Made by a program: the position numbers and the translations under genes. Shown piece after piece: positions 25,961 to 38,604 of a DNA stretch of 64,000 nucleotides. Numbering within the stretch: position 1 is the first letter of the stretch; every line of letters begins with the position of its first letter. This DNA comes from Protoeuglena noctilucae (Eukaryota): contig OY253679.1 in NCBI GenBank assembly GCA_958009085.1, positions 682,001 to 746,000 of the forward strand. Reading direction: 5' to 3'. The notes under the pieces are model-generated. The model had not been told where the DNA came from. It worked only from the letters and a program-made list of their open reading frames with translations, and did not search any database.

Positions 25961-26953
25961 TCAGAGCTTGGAGTACTCGTACATCATGCGCCGCAGCCGC
26001 TTGACGTCCTTGAGTGATGCGTCGGCCATGCCCTCGATGTAGAGCTGGGCCACGCAGAAGCCCAGCGGCGCCACGCTGACCCAGGAGCACTGCCACCGGA
26101 AGAGGCCGTCCGAGAAGGCGTCCGCCAGGGCCCAGAAGGCCGCCATGCCCACGCTCGCCCACAGCGCCAGGGACCGGGTTTGGGGGGAGATGAGCACCCC
26201 GCACCCCGCTGCGGAGGCGACGGAAGCATACGCGTCACGCCGCGCCCTGCCACCGCAGCGCCCGCCCGCCTGCGTGTCCCCAGCCTCCTGCGCTCGCCTG
26301 CCAGCCCCGGGTCGTCGTCCGCGTCGTAGGCCGAGTCCACAAGGCCCCGGTCCCTCTTGCTCCCCATGACGATGCCCACCGCCATCGCGAGCAGCGGCAC
26401 GGCGGAGAAGGCGAACCCGAAGGCCACCACGGGGGCGGGCAGGATGCGCGAGAACTGAGCCGTGCACTTGAGGTCCCACGGGTGGCGTGCCTGAGGCAGG
26501 GCCGCGGGAGACGGTGATCGCAGGCGGCTGTCGGCGCGTCGTGAAGCAAGCGGGACGGATACAGGGGCCGCTCTCGCCTGGCTCAGCGCGTGGTGGCAGA
26601 AAAGGGAGGCGAGGGTGAGGGACAGGGCGGCGAAGGAGTATCGCCATTGCCGTAGGAGACTGAACTGCTGTTGCTGGAAGGTGGCGACCACTTCCTCTTG
26701 CTCTGCGAGCGGGGCGAAATTCCCGGTACGGTCTCGAGGGGCAGCCCGCAAACCGGAGCGCCCGGCGCTCGCAGGAGCCATCCGGTCGTACACGATATCG
26801 ACAGCTCTGATGAACCCATGGGACCTCCGCGTCCCCCTCGCCGCGGCGCCAGCGCGCACCATGCTTGTCGAGGGGCCCCGGCTCGGAAAGCAGGCTATCC
26901 AAGGACGTCTCTGCGGGCTCCCGCTCTCCCGCGTCCCCCCTGCGCCTCAGCAT
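25961..26953 (-). CDS. Conserved uncharacterised multi-pass membrane protein
   Basis: PLDKH|EQEEVV...WRYSF, HPWDL, FRW, LYIE...VKRLRRMMYEYSKL resembles a conserved plant/protist membrane family. Three introns join in phase. Confidence 0.7.
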   Translation of the reverse strand: MLRRRGDAGEREPAETSLDSLLSEPGPLDKHGARWRRGEGDAEVPWVHQSCRYRVRPDGSCERRALRFAGCPSRPYREFRPARRARGSGRHLPATAVQSPTAMAILLRRPVPHPRLPFLPPRAEPGESGPCIRPACFTTRRQPPAITVSRGPASGTPPVGPQVHGSVLAHPARPRGGLRVRLLRRAAARDGGGHRHGEQEGPGPCGLGLRRGRRPGAGRRAQEAGDTQAGGRCGGRARRDAYASVASAAGCGVLISPQTRSLALWASVGMAAFWALADAFSDGLFRWQCSWVSVAPLGFCVAQLYIEGMADASLKDVKRLRRMMYEYSKL

Positions 26954-27172
26954 CTCCACGAGCGCGTCGCGCCCCGCCCACAGCGACTATCCCCGCTGCC
27001 CCGTCAAACTGCACTCGTGGCCCGTCTGGCAAGGCCCCGCGGATCCTCAGCGTTCCCTAGCGGCCGTCTCGACGTCCCGGGTGGATCTATGCGCGTGAAG
27101 TGCCCGGACTGCGCGAGCTCTGCGTGCCTTCGCTGCTCGCGGGTCGTCCAGTCAGGTGCCCTACGCCCGTCT

Positions 27173-27325
27173 CATCGGGAAAACCCGGCGATTTGACGTC
27201 ACTCGGATCAGAAGGATCGCGGGAATCACTGGATTCATCACAGTGATCCCCGGGAATCGCCGGGATCATCCCCGTGATCCCGGCGATCCCCGCCACTGCC
27301 GCAGTGATCCCAGCGATCCCGGGCC
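27173..27325. repeat. Left TIR plus subterminal TGATCCC/GGGATCA repeats
   Basis: Dense cluster of GATC(C)/GGATC/GAATC motifs in both orientations. Confidence 0.85.
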
Positions 27326-27864
27326 GCGGCCCTGACGCGCGTGCGCGCCCCCGCGTTTGCTCAGGGGGCTTGAGAGGAGGCGGAGAGACCGCACATTTGC
27401 TAGTTGGTGCTAATGACTGCCTCGGAGGCCCCTCTCGCGTCCTAAAGCTTGCTCCAGCATGCAGACGGGGGCCGTCGACGCATCCGGGGTCCGCTTCCCC
27501 TGCGCCGCCGCTGTTCAACGTGAGATGTCCATATCTATGCGATGAGCGGGAGCTCGCGGGCTCGCCGGGCCCCCGGGGGCGCCGGGGAGGTCCCCGTGCT
27601 CGACCAGGCCTACCGCCGCCGCGGCCGCGATCGGGCACGCAGCGCTTGGCCTATGGATTGAGGTGACCTAAATCTCGCTAGCTGCGGCGCCTTTGCCGGC
27701 TACGCCGCACGGAGGTGGCTGCTGCATGGGAGGTGAGCCGTCCCCGCCGTCATGGCGCTGCGGATGGGGGCGCGGGGCTGGCTTCGGAGAATTATCTCGA
27801 TACAGATGACATCGCCGGCGTCGGGGACCTGGCACCGCGAGCATCGGGGAGCTCCTGGGGTCAC

Positions 27865-30800
27865 CTACTCCTCGCCGCCGCTGGCGTGGTGCTCCCAGAC
27901 CTGCTGCACGTGGCCGCAGTGAAGAAGCTTCCCAGCAACTTTCACGGCGTGAAGCTGCCGCCGAAGGTTGCGGAGGGGCACGCACTTCAGAGCCTCGCCC
28001 TCCGCAGGCTCCAGGAGCGACAGCTGGGGAGGCTGCAGCGCTCCCAGGTTGGTGTAGAACGACAAGCACTGGTTGGACAGGTACCTCAGGTCGCATGGGG
28101 CCCTGTGCACCGGGGCCACCAGGGCGCAGAGGAAGGTCCCGGCACCGGAGCTGGTCTTCGCCTCAACCCCGCACATGACCCTGCCCGTCTGCAGCGTGCC
28201 CCTGTCCGGGAGGTACTCGACGAAGGACAGGGTCTCGTCGGTGGCGACGATCCTGGCCCGGTCCCCGCTGGCCGTCCCGATCTCGACCGTGGAGGTCAGC
28301 GCGACCTCGCCCAAGACGTGGCAGGGAAGCCCCGCGCCCTTGAGGGCGTTCAGGAGGTCCGCCTTAGAAACGAAGTCTTCCGCGCGTCCCTCGCTGCACA
28401 GGTCGTTCTTCTTCAGGACGGTCTTCACGCCCTTCACTTGGTCCTCGGGCTGGGACGGGACCGGCTGCTCCGCCCTCGCCCGGCTCTTGATGACGGAGGC
28501 CGCCCTCTGAGAGATGACGCTGGTGCTCGCCTGCGACAGGGCTCGGGGGTCAGTCCAGCGCGGCTCAGCATGGCACGCGGGTCGAGCGCCGTGCGACCGC
28601 ATCGAGACGTGTGAGTCGCAAGAAACGCGTCCTGCGTGGGCTTCCCCGCGTCGCCTACGCTGGGCGGCGCTTCTTGCCTGTACCTGCACGTCGCCCTTGC
28701 CGTTCGTGCGCGCGTTGGCAATGGGCTTGTGCATGCGCTCGGCGTCGTTCATGCTGCCCAACATGATGGAGCCGTTCCTCGCCACCACTGCAGGGAAATG
28801 CGAAAGCGCGTGGCACTTCTGGCTGTTCTCGATCTTGCTGAAGAGGGGCTTCTCCGTGCGGACGATTTCGTGGCCACGCAGCAGCGTCTTGAGCACGACC
28901 TGCGGCGACACGGCAGCGACAAGGCTTCCAGAGTGAGTAAGGGGCAGCGAACGATGGGGCTGGTGTTGGAGAAGGCCTCACGTGGAGGACCTTATTCAGC
29001 TGCGCGTCCGCCGCCTGCGCCCCTGCGATGGTGGCGCTCTCCAGGGACCATTCGGCATAGAGCTGAAGGCATGCCAGGGCTACGGCCACGAGCCCAACCC
29101 TCTCGTCGTGCACGTCTTTGCTGCCCGTAGGCTCTGCAAGGGATGTGGTGGTGGGGAAACACTCCCGGGGTTCCCCGGCCCGCATCGCGATACCCGCAGC
29201 TCCTCCCGATGCCCTCGCAGCGCTGACTGTCGGCCTCGCCTCGAGAGAAGAGCTCGACGAGGGCGAAAGGCAGAGCTTGGATCAAGAACCTCGCCTCGTA
29301 CGCCTTTATCTTCCCAAACGGGTCCACGAGGCTCAGCACGATCTGGAAGGTCTCGCCCCACGGACGGGCGTGGATCCATGCCGGGGCCTGCGCTCCACCC
29401 ACACGACGATGGACATGCCAGGTGAATACCGAGCAGCTGCGGCGCCACTGCAGGCAACGCACGCCATTGCCTGACCTGCAGCTCACCTTGGCATCCGCAA
29501 TGATCGATGCGAACGCAGCCAAGAGGGCGTTTGCCTTTGTCGCAGACTCTCCCGCTGCCGCGTTGTTGTAGAGGACGGTCAGTATGCAGAAGGGAACAGT
29601 CTTGCCCAACATTCCCAGTTCCACGGTGTGCATGGGGTCAGGTGCTTGGCCCTGATACAAGTCCGACCCGAACTCGTCCCAGTACGACAGGGCAGGAACC
29701 ACAGGATGAATTTTGCTCTCCCTGGCTTGTTCGTTGGCCCTGGCCGTCCCCACGTCCCTCCTCAAGCGCAGGATGTGCTGCACCTGGAGGCGATGCAGCG
29801 CGACGGTGCGAGGCGTGCGGCAGTCATCCTGGAGGCACAGCGGGCACGACCTGACGGCCAGCGTGGACGAGTTGGCCATCATGTCGTTCAGCTGCGCCGC
29901 CAAGACGGGAAAGACGATGACTCTCCCGACGTCGGGGAGGGTCATCCACACCCCACCGGACCTCGCCACGCCAATCAGCTGCCGGTCCACGGCAGCCAGC
30001 CGCCGCTGGATGGCCTCTCTGTTGTTCAGGTCTGCCTGTGACCCCGGAGTGATCCCGGACACCTGCGGGGGCCTCGAGCGACAACTCATACACGCGGCGT
30101 GGTGGTGGACGTGTGGGCTGCAACGCCGGCAATCCTCCTCTCGCCTTCATGGACTCGACGGTGGCCACGGTTCGCGGCGTCCCTGTCCTCACGGCCTTGC
30201 AAGGCGACAGGAGGTGCATGTGGATGGGCGTCGTCGATGCGCCCTTGGTCATCTCCACCCCGTCGATGCTGTACGCGACGGGCACGAGGAGCAGCCGGGC
30301 GTGCAGCTCGGGGCGGACTTTGCCAGCGACAGCCTCGGCTATGTCGCTATACCCCTTCGCCCGGGAGAAGGTGAGCTTCTCGTGGATGCTGGGATGCGTC
30401 TCATGTGGTCTCGCCCGCGCCTGGCGTGACCGTTCCCGTGCCTCGCTGAAGTCTCGCATCAACTTAACGAGCGTCTTGGGCTTGATCTGCTCCGCGTGCA
30501 CCAGCATGTCCCTCAGCACCGTTATCGTTTGGTAGATGATGGTTGTGCTGCCCTCCTCTTGCAAAACCTGCAGGCCGTGCGTGCACTGGTTGGCGTCAGC
30601 CCCCTCGGCCGCGTCCGAGGCCCTCGACACAAGCGGCACCGCGGCGTGACGCACCTCGTACTGGCCATGGATGCTGTTGAGTGAGGTGTGGAACGTGCGG
30701 TGGGAGCGCCCGAGGTCGAGAAGGTCGTCGCGGATGTCGGGGCGCAGCTTCACGAAGCAATCGAAATGCGCTGCCGTCAGCGATGCCATGAACTGCGCCC

Positions 30801-31368
30801 CTGCTTCAAGTTGGCTCAGGTACTCATCGTCACTGTCCCTGCTCCTGGCCCGCCATGCCTCCAGGTCCTCCGGCAGCTTCAGCGGTTCGTACTCCCCGGG
30901 CGCAGGAAGGTAGGAGACTCCAGGAGCGTCCTCTTGGGGCGCATCATGCGCTCCGGCGCTCTCGGGCGGTTCACCCCTCTCCGAGTCAATGTCCACGTCC
31001 ATGTCCACGTCCGTGTCGGCGTAGTGGAGCCACGCGAGTCCTACATCTTCGCTCTCGCCATCACTGCCCGCAGCAACGTCCGCCGTCCCGTCTTCCTCCC
31101 GCAGTTCTTGGTCTGGTCCCGCGCTGGCGCTGTCGCGTGCCAGCCCGTCCGAGCCTCGCAGAGACGGAGAGACATAGTGTTCGTGTGGGGCGGCGGGGCG
31201 GGGTGCTTCCTGGCGGCTCTCCTCGCCATATCTCCAGCCCCACAGCGCGGGGCATCTTTGCTGATGCCGGGCGAGCTTGGCCGGGGTATCGAATTGCGTT
31301 CCACACGCGTCGCATTCGAGCATGGTGAGCTGCAGCGCAGGTTGCGATGCAGGGTTCAAGGCGGGCAT
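27865..31368 (-). CDS. C2H2 zinc finger + Plavaka-like transposase (spliced, ~6 introns)
   Basis: CDACGTQFDTPAKLARHQQRC; VPVAYSIDG; PIHMHL; LPDVGRVIVFPVLAAQLND...CPLC; PDPMHTVELG; KCHALSHF...NG...ERMHK...TN. The order and motifs fit the Plavaka transposase as recalled. Confidence 0.78.
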
Positions 31369-32574
31369 GGTGAGGGCGTGGAAGCGGAGGTGAGGAAAGT
31401 CCAGCGCGCGCTCTGTGGGTCAGGCAGGCTCAGGGGTCGTCAGTCCTCCAGGCAAGCGGGGGTGGATTACAGGGCTGCAGCGACAGCACCGCGCACAGGC
31501 GAGGCTCGGCGCTGCTGGTGCGAACAGCGCTGGATCATCGTCCCTCTCTAGGGTGAGAGTGCAGCCTGCTGCTGAGCCATCTGCGAGGTGTGCTGACGTG
31601 GCTGGGGAGGGGAGGGGCCAGCTCCCGTGAGGTGAGATGCAGCATACGCATGACTAGATCAGGTCGGACATTGTCGCTGTCCCCGAGGTGCGCGGTTGGT
31701 CTGCTGCGCTACCGGTGGGGTCTGCGACACGGTCAGGTGTGCAAGGGGGGGTTGGTTGGCTGGGAGGGACGAAGGGCTGGTCCGCCAGCGTGGTATCTCT
31801 GTACTTGCTTACTGTACCTGGCACCGTGCCTGCACTCTCTCACCCCGAGACTGACTCTAACTTCGCCTAACAAGCACGCAGGCGCACGTGCCACCTCGTC
31901 CCAAGTTCCGGCGCTGGTCGGGTGCTGGCCGGGCCCGCCATGGCTCGTCCGCCGACCCATGCCCCTTGTCTGTCGTCTGGCGTCCGCGGCGCCCCGCAGC
32001 GGTGGTCATCGACTCCTGGGGCGGCCGTCGGCACGGCGGAGTCGCGCACGCCACCATCTCCCGAGTGCCTGGCCCGAGTGCCGGAGCGCCGCTCCCCGAT
32101 GGAGCGGCAGCGTCCGGAACAAGCGGTCGGTGCCTCTGGCGGTGGTCGCTGCGCGCTCCCGTCGCGCCTGCGGCCGCCCGAGTCCGGCTGCATGTGCGTG
32201 CATGAGTGCGTTGCCTAGAGCGTCACGGATGGTCATGTAACCTCGGCGTAGGGATTGAAATACCAATAGCTACGCTAGGGAGCGATTACGGGCCGAACGG
32301 AGCCCCCCGGGCCGCGCGGGCCCCGGAGCGCGGGTGCCCAAAAGATGCGTCCGATCGCGATCAAGATAGGTCTGATCGCGGCCGAGAAGGAAGATAGGCG
32401 GCGGGATAGCCTCGGCTAACGCTTCCGGCGCCGCTGCGCTCCCGAGTGGGCCCCGCTCCCCGCGATCCCCGACCACGACGAAATGCCGCGAAACTGCTCC
32501 CAGCGGCCTCTCGCATCCCGGGTGCGCCGTGGCCGTAACCGCGCCGCGTAAAACGGCCTCCCCAGGGAGATCGG

Positions 32575-32745
32575 GCGCGCGGCTGGAATCACTGGGCTCA
32601 ATGAGGGTTTACATTACAATCTGTGTCGTCAGTGGGATCACTGGGATGATCCCTCTGATACCCCGGGATCAGCGGGATGATCCCCACGATTCCTGGGTAT
32701 CACGGGGATGATCCTACTGACGCCAGACTCGCGGTTTTCCCGATG
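32575..32745. repeat. Right subterminal repeats plus TIR
   Basis: GGGATCACTGGGATGATCCC..., GGGATGATCCC..., ending in GGTTTTCCCGATG. Confidence 0.85.
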
Positions 32746-32924
32746 TTTGGGCCGTGGCGCGAGCTACCCCCCGCCCCTGAGCTGTCGTCATCGCGGGAGG
32801 GGCGCCATTCCGGTCCTCAGGCGCCAAATCGCCGGTGGCGGGTCGGCGCGGCGGACTTTTCTGCGGGCGAAAAGGACGGGAAGCCCCCGGCGCTCGCTTC
32901 CCGCCGCGACCGGACGGGGTGGAC

Positions 32925-35245
32925 ATGGCGGAGAGGACGAAGCGCGAGGCCCCAACGGTCTCGAGCATCGTCAAGAGCCTGGTCGCGGGCGGCATCGCGG
33001 GGGGAGTGTGAGTGGCCAGCCCGCCCCTTTGAGTCCTGGATTCGCTGCTGGGGCCTGGGGCGGAGGGCCAGCGGGCCTCTTTTGCTCGAGACCCGGGGCG
33101 GCCTGTCCCGGCCCCCGAGCATCGCGTTTGCGGGCGAGACCGGGGCGATTTCGGCTCTGAGTGTCGGGATGGAGCTTTTGTAGCGCCGCACCCCGCGCGG
33201 CGACGGCGGCCAGCTTTTGGATTGCTGCCCCGGGCGGGAACCCGTTCGCTGGGGCCGTCCGGCCCCGGCTCGCGTCGGCCAGTGCGATAAGTTGCTCGTA
33301 GGGCCTCGGTGTCCAGCGGGGGCGTCCCGATCGGGCCCGGACCGCCGCCGCGAAACGGGCTGAGGGGCAGTTGCGCCCCTCCCGGCGCGGGGACCGCTTT
33401 GGTGAACAAAATGGCACTCGTTTCCGTGCCAGGTCGCTTTCCCGGCCCTCGCCTGCGCGCGCACGCCGCGCTGGGCTCGCGGGAGGGGACGGGTGGCGCG
33501 GCGCGCCCGTCACCCTGTCCCCCGCCGCCCGCAGCTGCCCGTCGCCCTCGCTGCCTGCGCCGTCGCACTGGTTCGCTCTCAAAGAGCCCCTCTTTGTCGC
33601 CCTCGCAGGTCGAGGAGCGCGGTGGCTCCCCTGGAGCGCTTGAAGATTCTCATGCAGGTCCAGGGGAACGACAAGGTGTACAGGTGAGGCTCCGGGCGGA
33701 CCCGATCGTTTGCTTGACGCGAGCTCTCCGCGGGCGTGTTGCTGGGATTCCGCTCGCGCCCTGCGGGGACGCGATGCTGCCCCGCCACCGCCGCCGCACA
33801 CGGGGCCTTTACCAATTTCCCGCCGCCCTCGCGGGCCATGGCGCGAGATCAAATGGCCGGCTCCCGAAAGCTGACGTGCGCCCACTTCCATGGCCCGCCG
33901 CGCGTCCCCTCGCCGGCGGGCCCCATTTCGGCCGCCACATTTTGTACTCCCGGGCCGCCGGCCGCCTGAGCCCGCCGCCGCGCGCCCCGAAGCCCCGATA
34001 TCCCGGCGCGCAGGGGCATCGTCCAGGGCGTCGTGCAGATGTACCGCTTGGAGGGCATCCGGGGGATGTTCAAGGGCAATGGGACCAACTGCGCGCGCAT
34101 CATCCCCAACTCCGCTGTCAAGTTCTTCTGCTACGAGCAGTTCGCGCGGCTCATCACCGCATGGTGCGTGCGCGGGAGCGGGGTGCCGGATCCGGGGCCG
34201 CTCCGACGCCGCGGGCCTTTTTTTGCACACAAACGTCGTGTCGCTTTGCAAAAACGCGTTGCTTTCCGCGCCCCGCCCGCCCGCGACGCCCGCGCCGCTC
34301 CGTCCGCAGGCGGGAGAAGCACTACGGCGACCCGACGATGACGCCGGGCCTGCGGCTGGTGGCCGGCGCGTGCGCGGGCATCATCGCCATGACGTCGACC
34401 TATCCGCTGGACATGGTCCGCGGCCGGCTGACGGTGCAGGAGTCCGCGGCGAAGCAGCAGTATCGGGGGATGTGGCACGCGACGGCGACGATCGTGCGGG
34501 AGGAGGGCTTCTTCGCGCTGTACAAGGGGTGGCTGCCGTCCGTGATTGGCGTGGTGCCTTATGTGGGCCTCAACTTCGCCGTCTATGAGACGCTGAAAGA
34601 CATGATCATTCGATCGGAGGCGACCGCGGCGGAGACGGAGCGGGACCTGAGTTGGATGACGCGGCTGGCGTGCGGGGCGGTGGCGGGCACCACGGGGCAG
34701 ACGGTGGCGTACCCCTTTGACGTGGCGAGGAGGAGGCTGCAGGTCTCGGGGTGGCACGGGGCGGACCACCTGGTCAAGGTGAGAATGCATAGGGGGGTAG
34801 GAAGTGGGGTGCATGCTAGGTCGAACCTACATGTGACGCTGATGTGCGAGTGTAATGCGCTGATGCGCTTGCTGGTGGTCAATAGCGCAGGTCCCCGCCA
34901 TTGCGTCACGATTGTCACCCGTCATCTCCCTCACCACCACACATGACCCTCACCCTCATTACCCTCTCTCACCCCCCCAACTCACCACCTCACTTCTCCC
35001 TCACTACCCCTCACCACCTTACCACCCCACCACCCCACCTCACCCCCCAGGGCGAGTTCGACGCGCGCCACTACCGCGGCATGATGGACTGTTTCGTCAA
35101 GACGGTGCGGCACGAGGGGGTGTCGGCGCTGTTCAAGGGGCTCTGGCCCAACTACGTCAAAGTGGTGCCGTCCATCGCCATCGCCTTCGTCACGTACGAG
35201 CAGGTCAAGGAGGTCCTCGGGGTCGAGTTCCGGATATCCGAATGA
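32925..35245 (+). CDS. ADNT1: Mitochondrial carrier, ADNT1-like adenine nucleotide transporter
   Basis: SLVAGGIAGGV|SRSAVAPLERLKILMQVQ, FKGNGTNCARIIPNSAVKFFCYE, TYPLDMVRGRLTVQ, AYPFDVARRRLQ, KVVPSIAIAFVTYE. Confidence 0.92.
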
Positions 35246-36336
35246 GAGAGGCTCGGGTAGATATACGAGACGGGGTGGGGGTGGGTGGGTATATAAGGGA
35301 AGGTCCGGGCGACTGGGGGGTTGTCGGTGCGACGGGGGGGGCGACAGTTCCTGTGGGGTCGGTGTGGGGGTGGGTGGGGGTCATTTCCTGGGTCAGGTTG
35401 GAATCCCACACATCGTCGAACCCTGTGACCCCGTCACTGGGACGTGCGGGTGCGGGTGCGGATGTGGGTGTGGTTGTGCCGGGGACCGGGCGTGCCGTGC
35501 TCGTCTCAGCGACCGCGGCTGAGGTGGAGAGCCGTCGCCCGCACGGCCACTCCCGCTCTTCTGCCCTTCCCGTGTGCCCGTGCGCCTGTGTGCGACGCGG
35601 TGCATCGGGTCGCATCGGGCCACGCATGCCACGTGCGCTGCTGGATGAGGCAGGGTGCTGCGCGGAGCGTCGTTGCTCCGGGGAGCGTGGCAGGGGTGGG
35701 TCGTCTTGGATAGGGCAAGGCAGAGCGGTGGGGCAGGTGGATGGGTTGGATGGGTTGAGTTGGAGCGGTGGGGCAGGGCCCGCCCTTTGCGGACACGACA
35801 CACTCAGGCCTCTGTGCCTGAGTCGGTCACTCCGCAAGGACAGCGCGCGGGTGCCTGCCCCCTTTCCCTGCCTCTCATGCCTTCCCCTATCGCTGCCCCT
35901 ACCACCGCCGCCCTCACTGCTGCCCTTAGGACAGCGCTTGTGCCAAGCCAAGGTGGTGTGTGGTGCCACCCAAGCCTCTCTGGGCCAGGCCGCCCTTTGT
36001 GCTGGCACGATGCCGCCCTCTACGCCCCCTCACGCCACCGTTTTGTTGCCTAGGCCCCGTGTCGGCCACCAGCCCTAGCGCAGCTGCCTCCGTCTTACCG
36101 TCTTACTTGCGACATGACCTTGTCTTGCTCACGAGTGATCGGTGCGAGGAGACGAGAGGGCTTCTCCACGCTTTCAAAAACTGTGACACGAAGGAACTAG
36201 ATGGTCTACTTGTGACACTAGGGCACGCCTTTGCAATTATTGCGAGCGGCGGTAAGTTGCGTAATAAGGGTGCCACGCTCATTGCCACCCTCCCTTCTGC
36301 CACCCCCACTGCCACCCTCATCAACCAACCGCTACA

Positions 36337-38604
36337 TCACCCCCGCGCATGTGCCAGCCACGCCAACCGCGCCGCCAGTTTTGGGCAGCCCCGCCGCTGC
36401 GCCTCATGTGCCGCACCCGACGCCTCCCCCGCACCACCCGCATCCCCAGCCCCCGCTTCCACCAGTTGCAGCCCCAGAGCTTCGTGCCCCCACATCACCG
36501 CCACAGTAAGCGGAGTCACCCTCACCCCCACCCTTGCCTGCACCTCACGACTCCCCTCCCACCCCAGCATGCCCGGCACAGCCGCGGCGTCCGCCCGAGC
36601 TCCAGCCCTCATCAGCGCCCCCGCAGCACACGTGTTGCCGTGACGCGCCGCCCAGTGCATCGGCAGCGACCCATCAAACGCAGGCTCCTCCACCCCCGCC
36701 CCGGCCCCCGCAAGCATCGCCACCGCCTGCGCGGCTGCCTGCCCGTGCATGGCTGCCGCAGTTAAGTGCAGCGGCGTGGCCCCTCCCCAGGGCCCAGCCA
36801 CGCGTGATGCGACATCCGCCCCCGCCGCCACCAGCTCACGCAACAGCGCGATCAGAGCACCATTACGCCTATCATCCTCTGCCACATGGCTTCCTCTGCC
36901 CATTTGCCCTCCCCATGACAGCGCCAGGGCCAGGTGAATAGGGGGCAGGCCGTCAGCAGTGGCCACCCTCACGTCCGCCCCCGCACGCAGCAGCTCCCGC
37001 ACAGTCGCCACGCACCCAGCGGCTATGGCGGCGTGCAGCGGGGTGCTCAGGGCGCGGGGACCGACGGGGCAGGAGCCGGGGAGCCACAGGGAAGCCAGGG
37101 CGGGGGGCAATGGCTGTGGCGCGTGGGCCGAGGCTGCATTAGAAGGCACAACTTCAGCAACCGAGTGGCCATTAGCAGAGTCCAAACCAGCAATGTCAGT
37201 GTCCACCCCAGCCGAGTGGCCATTAGCGGCAGTGTCCATCCCAGCAGAATCCACCCTAGTAATGGCGTCTCTGGTAGCCACCCCCCCAGGTGCCACTGCG
37301 AGTGCCGTGGTCACCCCATTGACCTCCGCTCCCGCCGCAATCAACGCACGGACGGCGTCGACGTGACCCCCCAGCGCCGCAAAGTGGATTGCCTGAGCAC
37401 CAAACAAGCCCCGCCTATCCACGTCCGCCCCCGCCTGCAGCAGCGCAGTCAAGACCTGAACATCGCCCGCAGCCGCCGCTAGTGCTAAGGGCGTGCGGGA
37501 GGCCAGGCCCGACTGGCACAGGGGCGGGTCGGGGTCGATGCCGGCGCTGAGGAGGTAGCGGATGGCGCTGAGGTGTCCCCCACGGCAGGCGGCATGCAGT
37601 AACGGCAGCGCAGCGATGCGAGCGGCCAAGGTCGGGTCGACACCAGACGATGCGGCGAGGAGTGCTTCTATGGAACAGACGTCGCCACGCCCGGCGGCGC
37701 TCAGCGCAGCGCGGCAGGCCCCCGCGTGCAGGGCTGGCCAGGTCAGCTGTGCCCTTGAGTCCTTAGCAGCGGCAGTGACGGCGCGGAGCACAGCGTCGCA
37801 GGCGGGGTGGGCGGCCGAGAGGGCAAAGGGGGTGTCGCCGTGGGCGTTGGGGGCTAAGAAAGGCCGCAGGTCGCCGGCAGCCTCGAGGGCGGTGAGGAAG
37901 AGGGAGAGGACGCTTGAGCTGCCACAACGTGCGGCGACGTGCAGAGGGGTATCGCCCATGCCGGCGAGCGTGGAGGCCGTGAGGAGCGCGATGACGGGAG
38001 TGGGGTCGTGGGTGGCTGTGAGGCTAGGCGTGGTGTGGCTGTCAGCTGGATGAGCACCCAGGAGGGTGGCAGCGGGGCCAGCGATGTTAGTGACGGCACC
38101 ACTATTTAGGGTGGCAGTGGTGGTAGGCGCCATGCGAGCACCCGGGGTGGCTGTGGGGTCAGGAGTGGCGCAGGCGCTGAGAGCAGCTGAGGCCCTGGCC
38201 GTGTCTCCCCGTGAGGCAGCCAGGTGAGCCTCGGTCCAGCCGCACCGCCACGCGAGCCAGTCCCAGTGTCGCCGGTCCACGGCTGCGCGCCAGGTGCATT
38301 GCGGGGGCACGGATGCTGCAGTGCGGAGGCCTTTGGGGGCGAGGACGGCGTCGACGGCGTCGCGGCACGCGGACGACGCGCAGCGAAGGGAGTAGAGGTC
38401 TGAGAGGTAGAGATGACTCGCGATGAGGTCCACGGTGTCGAGAGGGGCCGTCTCGATGCCCGCGGGGGGCGCTGCGGGAGGGGGCGCTGCGGGAGGGAGG
38501 CGCGGGCTGAGGTGTGTTAGCTTGGATTGCTCCCAGAGGAAGCTCGTTGCGCAGGCGCCGTTTCAGCCCTCACTCGTGCATTCTTCCGAGTGTTGATTGT
38601 GCAT
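36337..38604 (-). CDS. F-box-like + ankyrin-repeat protein
   Basis: PLDTVDLIASHLYLSDLYSLRCASSACR (F-box-like), then many ankyrin repeats (GDTPLHVAA, RTPLALAAAAG, TPLHAAI). A short first exon 38604-38574 joins in phase 1; this part is tentative. Confidence 0.82.

Larger units (their letters stand above)
27173..32745. mobile_element. Plavaka-like (CACTA/EnSpm-related) DNA transposon with TIRs
   Basis: Left CATCGGGAAAACC (27173) and right GGTTTTCCCGATG (ends 32745) are a perfect 13-bp inverted match extending imperfectly to ~38 bp. GATC-rich subterminal repeats at both ends; internal transposase gene. Confidence 0.85.

Noticed and set aside
30063..30144. Apparent frameshift inactivating the transposase
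   Set aside because: Explained by an 82-nt GC-AG intron (ATGAAG|GCGAGA...CGCAG|GTGTCC).
33008..33608. Possible ncRNA in the long first intron of the carrier gene
   Set aside because: No recognisable tRNA, snRNA or snoRNA motifs by eye; an Infernal/Rfam scan would be needed.
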